From NCBI RefSeq assembly GCF_009914755.1, contig NC_060939.1: a stretch of DNA of 64,000 nt; one strand, 5' to 3'. This stretch comes from the human T2T-CHM13v2.0 reference genome, Homo sapiens. Positions within the stretch are counted from its first letter, which is position 1. Each line of letters starts with the position of its first letter. This document shows, one piece after another, positions 53,301 through 64,000 of the stretch. Below the pieces are notes generated by a model that was given only the letters and a program-made list of their open reading frames with translations, had not been told where the DNA came from and did no database searches. The position numbers and the translations under genes are program-made.

Positions 53301-56300
53301 TCCATTCCAGTCCATTCCATTCGATTCCATTCCATTCCTTTCAATTCCATTCCATTCCATTCCATTCCACTTGATTCCACTCCATTCCCTTCCACTGCAT
53401 TCCATTCGATTCCATTCCATTGCATTGCATTCCATTCCATTGGACTGCATTCCATTCGATTCCATTCCATTCGAATCAATTACATAGCAATCCATTACAT
53501 TCGAGTCTATTCTCTTCCGTTCCATTCGATTTCGTTCCAATCCATTCGATTCCATTCCATTCGATTCCATTCCATACTATTGCATTCCATTCGATTACAT
53601 TATATTCGAATAAGTTCCATTCAAGACCATTTCTTTTGAGTCCATTCTATTTGAGTCCATTCCCTTTGATTCCATAACATTTGAGTCCATTCAATTCCAT
53701 TCCTTTCGTTTCCATTCCATTTGATGCCATTCCATTCAATTCTGTTCTACTCGACTCCAATACATTCAATTCCATTCCATCCGATTCCATTACATTCTTT
53801 TCATTTCTTATCCATTTCAAGCCATTCCAATCCATTCCATTCCACTCGTTTCCTTTCCATTCGAGTCCATTCCTCTCCAGTCCATTCCGTTCAATCCATT
53901 CCATTCCAGTCCATTCCATTCGAGTCCGTTCCATTCCAGTCCATTCCATTCGAGTCAATTCCATCCCATTCGATGTCTTTCCATAACGATCCATTCCATT
54001 CTATTCCTTTCGATTCCATTCCATTCTATTTCATTCCATTCGATTCCCTTCCATTGGACTCCTTTCCATTCGAGTGCATTCCATTCCGTTCCATTTCTTT
54101 CCGTTCTGTACGATTCCTACCGTTCGATTTCATTTTGTTCCAGTCCATTCCTTTCGCGTCCATTCCATTCCATTTCACTCCATTCGATTCCATTCCACTC
54201 GATTCCACTTCGTTCCATTTCATTGCATTCCATTCTATTCAACTCTATTGCCTTCCATTCCATTCCATTCGATTACATTCCATGCGATTCCATTCGAAAT
54301 CGAATCAATTACATTGCAATCCATTACTATTGAGTCCGTTTTATTCCAGTCCACTGCATTCTGGTCCATTCCATTTGATTCCATTCCATTCTATTCCATT
54401 CCATACAGTTGCATTCCATTGGATTCCATGCTATATCTATAAATTCAATTCGAGACCATTGCTTTTGAGTCCATTCTATATGATTCCATTCCATTCAAGT
54501 CCATTACATTTGGTTCAATTCCATTCCATTCCATTCCCTTCCATTCCATTCCATTTGATATCAATCCATTCGATTCCATTCCATTCGAGCACATTCCATT
54601 CGAGTCCAATCCATTCGATGCCATTCCATTTGATTCTATTCCATTAGTCTCCATTCAATTCCATTAATCTCCATTCCATTCCATTCTACTCCAACTGATT
54701 CCATTCCATTCTATTCTTTCCATTCCATTTCATTCCATTCCATTCCATTTCATTCCATTCCATTCCATTCGTGTCCATTCCACTCCAGTCCATTCCATTC
54801 GTGTCCATTCCATTCCAGTCCATTCCATTTGTGTCCACTGCATTCCATTCCACTCCATTCCATATTATTCCATTACACTCCATTCCATTCTATTACTTTC
54901 ATTTCCATTCAATTCCATTCCATTTGATTCCATTCCACTCGGTTTCATTCCATTTGAGTCCACTCCATTCCATTCCATTCCATTCCATTCAGTTCCATTC
55001 CATTCTGTTCCATTCCATTCCGTTCCATTACATTCCATTCCATTCGGTACCATTCCATATTGTTCCATTCGATTCCATTCGAATCCATTCCATTCCAGTC
55101 CATTCCATTCGATTCCATTCCATTCATTTCAATTCCATTCCATTCCATTCCATTACATTCCACTTGATTCCTCTCCATTCCCTTCCACTGCATTCCGTTC
55201 GATTCCATTCCATTGCATTGCATTCCATTCCATTGGATTGCATTCCATTCGATTCCATTCCATTCGAATCAATTACATTGCAACCCATTACATTCGAGTC
55301 TATTCTCTTCCGTTCCATTCGATTTCGTTCCAATCCATTCGATTCCATTCCATTCGATTCCATTCCATACTATTGCATTCCATTCGATTACATTATATTC
55401 GAATAAGTTCCATTCAAGACCATTTCTTTTGAGTCCATTCTATTTGAGTCCATTCCCTTTGATTCCATAACATTTGAGTCCATTCAATTCCATTCCTTTC
55501 GTTTGCATTCCATTTGATGCCATTCCATTCAATTCTGTTCTACTCGACTCCAATACATTCAATTCCATTCCATCCGATTCCATTACATTCTTTTCATTTC
55601 TTATCCATTTCAAGCCATTCCACTCCATTCCATTCCACTCGTTTCCTTTCCATTCGAGTCCATTCCTCTCCAGTCCATTCCGTTCAATCCATTCCATTCC
55701 AGTCCATTCCATTCGAGTCTATTCCATTCCAGTCCATTCCATTCGAGTCAACTCCATCCCATTCGATGTCTTTCCATAACGATCCATTCCATTCTATTCC
55801 TTTCGATTCCATTCCATTCTATTTCATTCCATTCGATTCCCTTCCATTGGACTCCTTTCCATTCGAGTGCATTCCATTCCGTTCCATTTCTTTCCGTTCT
55901 GTACGATTCCTACCGTTCGATTTCATTTTGTTCCAGTCCATTCCTTTCGCGTCCATTCCATTCCATTTCACTCCATTCGATTCCATTCCACTCGATTCCA
56001 CTTCGTTCCATTTCATTGCATTCCATTCTATTCAACTCTATTGCCTTCCATTCCATTCCATTCGATTACATTCCATGCGATTCCATTCGAAATCGAATCA
56101 ATTACATTGCAATCCATTACTATTGAGTCCGTTTTATTCCAGTCCACTGCATTCTGGTCCATTCCATTTGATTCCATTCCATTCTATTCCATTCCATACA
56201 GTTGCATTCCATTGGATTCCATGCTATATCTATAAATTCAATTCGAGACCATTGCTTTTGAGTCCATTCTATATGATTCCATTCCATTCAAGTCCATTAC

Positions 56301-59300
56301 ATTTGGTTCAATTCCATTCCATTCCATTCCCTTCCATTCCATTCCAGTTGATATCAATCCATTCGATTCCATTCCATTCGAGCACATTCCATTCGAGTCC
56401 ATTCCATTCGATGCCATTCCATTTGATTCTATTCCATTAGTCTCCATTCAATTCCATTAATCTCCATTCCATTCCATTCTAATCCAACTGATTCCATTCC
56501 ATTCTATTCCTTTCCATTCCATTTCATTCCATTCCATTCCATTTCATTCCATTCCATTCCATTCGTGTCCATTCCACTCCAGTCCATTCCATTCGTGTCC
56601 ATTCCATTCCAGTCCATTCCATTTGTGTCCCCTGCATTCCATTACACTCCATTCCATATTATTCCATTACACTCCATTCAATTCTATTACTTTCATTTCC
56701 ATTCAATTCCATTCCATTTGATTCCATTCCACTCGGTTTCATTCCATTTGAGTCCACTCCATTCCATTCCATTCCATTCCATTCAGTTCCATTCCATTCT
56801 ATTCCATTCCATTCCGTTCCATTACATTCCATTCCATTCGGTACCATTCCATATTGTTCCATTCGATTCCATTCGAATCCATTCCATTCCAGTCCATTCC
56901 ATTCGATTCCATTCCATTCATTTCAATTCCATTCCATTCCATTCCATTACATTCCACTTGATTCCTCTCCATTCCCTTCCACTGCATTCCGTTCGATTCC
57001 ATTCCATTGCATTGTGTTCCATTCCATTGGATTGCATTCCATTCGATTCCATTCCATTCGAATCAATTACATAGCAATCCATTACATTCGAGTCTATTCT
57101 ATTCCGTTCCATTCGATTTCGTTCCAATCCATTCGATTCCATTCCATTCGATTCCATTCCATACTATTGCATTCCATTCGATTACATTATATTCGAATAA
57201 GTTCCATTCAAGACCATTTCTTTTGAGTCCATTCTATTTGAGTCCATTCCCTTTGATTCCATAACATTTGAGTCCATTCAATTCCATTCCTTTCGTTTCC
57301 ATTCCATTTGATGCCATTCCATTCAATTCTGTTCTACTCGACTCCAATACATTCAATTCCATTCCATCCGATTCCATTACATTCTTTTCATTTCTTATCC
57401 ATTTCAAGCCATTCCACTCCATTCCATTCCACTCGTTTCCTTTCCATTCGAGTCCATTCCTCTCCAGTCCATTCCGTTCAATCCATTCCATTCCAGTCCA
57501 TTCCATTCGAGTCCGTTCCATTCCAGTCCATTCCATTCGAGTCAATTCCATCCCATTCGATGTCTTTCCATAACGATCCATTCCATTCTATTCCTTTCGA
57601 TTCCATTCCATTCTATTTCATTCCATTCGATTCCCTTCCATTGGACTCCTTTCCATTCGAGTGCATTCCATTCCGTTCCATTTCTTTCCGTTCTGTACGA
57701 TTCCTACCGTTCGATTTCATTTTGTTCCAGTCCATTCCTTTCGCGTCCATTCCATTCCATTTCACTCCATTCGATTCCATTCCACTCGATTCCACTTCGT
57801 TCCATTTCATTGCATTCCATTCTATTCAACTCTATTGCCTTCCATTCCATTCCATTCGATTACATTCCATGCGATTCCATTCGAAATCGAATCAATTACA
57901 TTGCAATCCATTACTATTGAGTCCATTTTATTCCAGTCCACTGCATTCTGGTCCATTCCATTTGATTCCATTCCATTCTATTCCATTCCATACAGTTGCA
58001 TTCCATTGGATTCCATGCTATATCTATAAATTCAATTCGAGACCATTGCTTTTGAGTCCATTCTATATGATTCCATTCCATTCAAGTCCATTACATTTGG
58101 TTCAATTCCATTCCATTCCATTCCCTTCCATTCCATTCCATTTGATATCAATCCATTCGATTCCATTCCATTCGAGCACATTCCATTCGAGTCCATTCCA
58201 TTCGATGCCATTCCATTTGATTCTATTCCATTAGTCTCCATTCAATTCCATTAATCTCCATTCCATTCCATTCTACTCCAACTGATTCCATTCCATTCTA
58301 TTCCTTTCCATTCCATTTCATTCCATTCCATTCCATTTCATTCCATTCCATTCCATTCGTGTCCATTCCACTCCAGTCCATTCCATTCGTGTCCATTCCA
58401 TTCCAGTCCATTCCATTTGTGTCCACTGCATTCCATTCCACTCCATTCCATATTATTCCATTACACTCCATTCCATTCTATTACTTTCATTTCCATTCAA
58501 TTCCATTCCATTTGATTCCATTCCACTCGGTTTCATTCCATTTGAGTCCACTCCATTCCATTCCATTCCATTCCATTCAGTTCCATTCCATTCTGTTCCA
58601 TTCCATTCCGTTCCATTACATTCCATTCCATTCGGTACCATTCCATATTGTTCCATTCGATTCCATTCGAATCCATTCCATTCCAGTCCATTCCATTCGA
58701 TTCCATTCCATTCATTTCAATTCCATTCCATTCCATTCCATTACATTCCACTTGATTCCTCTCCATTCCCTTCCACTGCATTCCGTTCGATTCCATTCCA
58801 TTGCATTGCATTCCATTCCATTGGATTGCATTCCATTCGATTCCATTCCATTCGAATCAATTACATAGCAATCCATTACATTCGAGTCTATTCTATTCCG
58901 TTCCATTCGATTTCGTTCCAATCCATTCGATTCCATTCCATTCGATTCCATTCCATACTATTGCATTCCATTCGATTACATTATATTCGAATAAGTTCCA
59001 TTCAAGACCATTTCTTTTGATTCCATTCTATTTGAGTCCATTCCCTTTGATTCCATAACATTTGAGTCCATTCAATTCCATTCCTTTCGTTTCCATTCCA
59101 TTTGATGCCATTCCATTCAATTCTGTTCTACTCGACTCCAATACATTCAATTCCATTCCATCCGATTCCATTACATTCTTTTCATTTCTTATCCATTTCA
59201 AGCCATTCCACTCCATTCCATTCCACTCGTTTCCTTTCCATTCGAGTCCATTCCTCTCCAGTCCATTCCGTTCAATCCATTCCATTCCAGTCCATTCCAT

Positions 59301-62300
59301 TCGAGTCCGTTCCATTCCAGTCCATTCCATTCGAGTCAATTCCATCCCATTCGATGTCTTTCCATAACGATCCATTCCATTCTATTCCTTTCGATTCCAT
59401 TCCATTCTATTTCATTCCATTCGATTCCCTTCCATTGGACTCCTTTCCATTCGAGTGCATTCCATTCCGTTCCATTTCTTTCCGTTCTGTACGATTCCTA
59501 CCGTTCGATTTCATTTTGTTCCAGTCCATTCCTTTCGCGTCCATTCCATTCCATTTCACTCCATTCGATTCCATTCCACTCGATTCCACTTCGTTCCATT
59601 TCATTGCATTCCATTCTATTCAACTCTATTGCCTTCCATTCCATTCCATTCGATTACATTCCATGCGATTCCATTCGAAATCGAATCAATTACATTGCAA
59701 TCCATTACTATTGAGTCCGTTTTATTCCAGTCCACTGCATTCTGGTCCATTCCATTTGATTCCATTCCATTCTATTCCATTCCATACAGTTGCATTCCAT
59801 TGGATTCCATGCTATATCTATAAATTCAATTCGAGACCATTGCTTTTGAGTCCATTCTATATGATTCCATTCCATTCAAGTCCATTACATTTGGTTCAAT
59901 TCCATTCCATTCCATTCCCTTCCATTCCATTCCATTTGATATCAATCCATTCGATTCCATTCCATTCGAGCACATTCCATTCGAGTCCATTCCATTCGAT
60001 GCCATTCCATTTGATTCTATTCCATTAGTCTCCATTCAATTCCATTAATCTCCATTCCATTCCATTCTACTCCAACTGATTCCATTCCATTCTATTCCTT
60101 TCCATTCCATTTCATTCCATTCCATTCCATTTCATTCCATTCCATTCCATTCGTGTCCATTCCACTCCAGTCCATTCCATTCGTGTCCATTCCATTCCAG
60201 TCCATTCCATTTGTGTCCACTGCATTCCATTCCACTCCATTCCATATTATTCCATTACACTCCATTCCATTCTATTACTTTCATTTCCATTCAATTCCAT
60301 TCCATTTGATTCCATTCCACTCGGTTTCATTCCATTTGAGTCCACTCCATTCCATTCCATTCCATTCCATTCAGTTCCATTCCATTCTGTTCCATTCCAT
60401 TCCGTTCCATTACATTCCATTCCATTCGGTACCATTCCATATTGTTCCATTCGATTCCATTCGAATCCATTCCATTCCAGTCCATTCCATTCGATTCCAT
60501 TCCATTCATTTCAATTCCATTCCATTCCATTCCATTACATTCCACTTGATTCCTCTCCATTCCCTTCCACTGCATTCCGTTCGATTCCATTCCATTGCAT
60601 TGCATTCCATTCCATTGGATTGCATTCCATTCGATTCCATTCCATTCGAATCAATTACATAGCAATCCATTACATTCGAGTCTATTCTATTCCGTTCCAT
60701 TCGATTTCGTTCCAATCCATTCGATTCCATTCCATTCGATTCCATTCCATACTATTGCATTCCATTCGATTACATTATATTCGAATAAGTTCCATTCAAG
60801 ACCATTTCTTTTGAGTCCATTCTATTTGAGTCCATTCCCTTTGATTCCATAACATTTGAGTCCATTCAATTCCATTCCTTTCGTTTGCATTCCATTTGAT
60901 GCCATTCCATTCAATTCTGTTCTACTCGACTCCAATACATTCAATTCCATTCCATCCGATTCCATTACATTCTTTTCATTTCTTATCCATTTCAAGCCAT
61001 TCCACTCCATTCCATTCCACTCGTTTCCTTTCCATTCGAGTCCATTCCTCTCCAGTCCATTCCGTTCAATCCATTCCATTCCAGTCCATTCCATTCGAGT
61101 CCGTTCCATTCCAGTCCATTCCATGCGAGTCAATTCCATCCCATTCGATGTCTTTCCATAAAGATCCATTCCATTCTATTCCTTTCGATTCCATTCCATT
61201 CTATTTCATTCCATTCGATTCCCTTCCATTGGACTCCTTTCCATTCGAGTGCATTCCATTCCGTTCCATTTCTTTCCGTTCTGTACGATTCCTACCGTTC
61301 GATTTCATTTTGTTCCAGTCCATTCCTTTCGCGTCCATTCCATTCCATTTCACTCCATTCGATTCCATTCCACTCGATTCCACTTCGTTCCATTTCATTG
61401 CATTCCATTCTATTCAACTCTATTGCCTTCCATTCCATTCCATTCGATTACATTCCATGCGATTCCATTCGAAATCGAATCAATTACATTGCAATCCATT
61501 ACTATTGAGTCCATTTTATTCCAGTCCACTGCATTCTGGTCCATTCCATTTGATTCCATTCCATTCTATTCCATTCCATACAGTTGCATTCCATTGGATT
61601 CCATTCTATATCTATAAATTCAATTGGAGACCATTGCTTTTGAGTCCATTCTATATGATTCCATTCCATTCAAGTCCATTACATTTGGTTCAATTCCATT
61701 CCAATCCATTCCCTTCCATTCCATTCCAGTTGATATCAATCCATTCGATTCCATTCCATTCGAGCACATTCCATTCGAGTGCATTCCATTCGATGCCATT
61801 CCATTTGATTCTATTCCATTAGTCTCCATTCAATTCCATTAATCTCCATTCCATTCCATTCTACTCCAACTGATTCCATTCCATTCTATTCCTTTCCATT
61901 CCATTTCATTCCATTCCATTCCATTTCATTCCATTCCATTCCATTCGCTTCCATTCCATTCGTGTCCATTCCACTCCAGTCCATTCCATTCGTGTCCATT
62001 CCATTCCAGTCCATTCCATTTGTGTCCACTGCATTCCATTCCACTCCATTCCATATTATTCCTTTACACTCCGTTCCATTCTATTACTTTCATTTCCATT
62101 CAATTCCATTCCATTTGATTCCATTCCACTCGGTTTCATTCCATTTGAGTCCACTCCATTCCATTCCATTCCATTCCATTCAGTTCCATTCCATTCTGTT
62201 CCATTCCATTCCGTTCCATTGCATTCCATTCCATTCGGTACCATTCCATATTGTTCCATTCGATTCCATTCGAATCCATTCCATTCCAGTCCATTCCATT

Positions 62301-63765
62301 CGATTCCATTCCATTCCTTTCAATTCCATTCCATTCCATTCCATTCCACTTGATTCCACTCCATTCCCTTCCACTGCATTCCATTCGATTCCATTCCATT
62401 GCATTGCATTCCATTCCATTGGACTGCATTCCATTCGATTCCATTCCATTCGAATCAATTACATAGCAATCCATTACATTCGAGTCTATTCTATTCCGTT
62501 CCATTCGATTTCGTTCCTATCCATTCGATTCCATTCCATTCGATTCCATTCCATACTATTGCATTCCATTCGATTACATTATATTCGAATAAGTTCCATT
62601 CAAGACCATTTCTTTTGAGTCCATTCTATTTGAGTCCATTCCCTTTGATTCCATAACATTTGAGTCCATTCAATTCCATTCCTTTCGTTTGCATTCCATT
62701 TGATGCCATTCCATTCAATTCTGTTCTACTCGACTCCAATACATTCAATTCCATTCCATCCGATTCCATTACATTCTTTTCATTTCTTATCCATTTCAAG
62801 CCATTCCACTCCATTCCATTCCACTCGTTTCCTTTCCATTCGAGTCCATTCCTCTCCAGTCCATTCCGTTCAATCCATTCCATTCCAGTCCGTTCCATTC
62901 GAGTCCGTTCCATTCCAGTCCATTCCATTTGAGTCAATTCCATTCCATTCGATGTCTTTCCATAACGATCCATTCCATTCTATTCCTTTCGATTCCATTC
63001 CATTCTATTTCATTCCATTCGATTCCCTTCCATTGGACTCCTTTCCATTCGAGTGCATTCCATTCCGTTCCATTTCTTTCCGTTCTGTACGATTCCTACC
63101 GTTCGATTTCATTTTGTTCCAGTCCATTCCTTTCGCGTCCATTCCATTCCATTTCACTCCATTCGATTCCATTCCACTCGATTCCACTTCGTTCCATTTC
63201 ATTGCATTCCATTCTATTCAACTCTATTGCCTTCCATTCCATTCCATTCGATTACATTCCATGCGATTCCATTCGAAATCGAATCAATTACATTGCAATC
63301 CATTACTATTGAGTCCGTTTTATTCCAGTCCACTGCATTCTGGTCCATTCCATTTGATTCCATTCCATTTTATTCCATTCCATACAGTTGCATTCCATTG
63401 GATTCCATGCTATATCTATAAATTCAATTCGAGACCATTGTTTTTGAGTCCATTCTATATGTTTCCATTCCATTCAAGTCCATTACATTTGGTTCAATTC
63501 CATTCCATTCCATTCCCTTCCATTCCATTCCAGTTGATATCAATCCATTCGATTCCATTCCATTCGAGCACATTCCATTCGAGTCCATTCCATTCGATGC
63601 CATTCCATTTGATTCTATTCCATTAGTCTCCATTCAATTCCATTAATCTCCATTCCATTCCATTCTACTCCAACTGATTCCATTCCATTCTATTCCTTTC
63701 CATTCCATTTCATTCCATTCCATTCCATTTCATTCCATTCCATTCCAATCGCTTCCATTCCATTC
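38340..63765 (+). repeat. Imperfect ~14.3 kb (8-unit) longer-range repeat
   Basis: Shared private variants at offset 14,280 (U21-U22 vs U29-U30) and offset 14,335 (U26-U27 vs U34-U35), with non-matching units in between. Confidence 0.8.
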
Positions 63766-64000
63766 ATGTCCATTCCACTCCAGTCCATTCCATTTGTGTC
63801 CACTGCATTCCATTCCACTCCATTCCATATTATTCCATTACACTCCATTCCATTCTATTACTTTCATTTCCATTCAATTCCATTCCATTTGATTCCATTC
63901 CACTCGGTTTCATTCCATTTGAGTCCACTCCATTCCATTCCATTCCATTCCATTCAGTTCCATTCCATTCTGTTCCATTGCATTCCATTCCATTCGGTAC

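Larger units (their letters stand above)
1634..62659 (+). repeat. 34 complete ~1.8 kb higher-order units, probably D15Z1 / HSat3A5 (1.8 kb KpnI family, chr15p)
   Basis: Unit anchors at 1634, 3438, 5247, 7056, 8865, 10674, 12483, 14292, 16086, 17880, 19609, 21578, 23322, 25056, 26830, 28629, 30433, 32217, 34031, 35839, 37642, 39401, 41194, 42943, 44707, 46521, 48325, 50129, 51922, 53681, 55474, 57268, 59062, 60856 and 62660. One GGTACC per unit. The periodicity is directly visible. The D15Z1 name relies on the known 1.8 kb KpnI satellite III family; related arrays can occur on other acrocentric short arms. Confidence 0.8.
1..64000 (+). repeat. Human satellite III (HSat3) tandem array, (CATTC)n-derived, single orientation
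   Basis: Continuous CATTC pentamers with variants CATTT, GATTC, GAGTC and CAGTC from the first base to the last. The + strand is C/T-rich and G-poor throughout. No unique sequence or strand switch seen. Long CATTC runs dominate and the CATTCGATGATG-type motifs typical of HSat2 were not seen. Confidence 0.98.

Noticed and set aside
1-64000. CRISPR-like, diversity-generating or other cassette system
   Set aside because: There is no constant-repeat and unique-spacer structure and no associated gene. Variation between units is ordinary substitution, pentamer-register indels and recombination.
1-64000. Assignment to DYZ1, chromosome 9 HSat3, HSat2 or alpha satellite
   Set aside because: The period is about 1.8 kb with a KpnI site, not the 3.5-3.6 kb DYZ1 unit, and chromosome 9 HSat3 is not known to me as a regular 1.8 kb KpnI repeat. 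No HSat2-type ATGATG motifs, 171 bp monomers or CENP-B boxes were seen.
1-64000. Inversions or Alu/L1 insertions
   Set aside because: No GGAAT-oriented stretch, poly-A tail, target-site duplication or non-satellite segment was seen on the + strand.

Overview
The whole 64 kb window is one uninterrupted human satellite III (HSat3) array: diverged (CATTC)n on the + strand and (GAATG)n on the - strand. It is built from about 35.7 head-to-tail units of about 1.8 kb (anchor-to-anchor lengths 1729-1969 bp, mean about 1795 bp). Nearly every unit carries a single KpnI site (GGTACC), matching the classical 1.8 kb KpnI satellite D15Z1 (HSat3A5) of chromosome 15p heterochromatin; that locus assignment comes from recalled family knowledge, not an alignment. 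I saw no genes, RNA genes, mobile elements, CRISPR arrays or inversions, and every ORF in the track is a translation artefact of the pentamer. I found no new biological system. The real signal is the array's internal history: an apparently exact 5,427 bp (3-unit) tandem duplication, an imperfect 8-unit (about 14.3 kb) repeat, an out-of-register unequal-crossover junction, local subfamily blocks, mosaic units, and an older two-subunit structure inside the 1.8 kb unit. Units are numbered U1 (starting at 1634) to U35 (starting at 62660) from a recurring TTGAGTCCATTCAATTCC anchor, with U0 the partial unit before 1634. All comparisons were made by eye.
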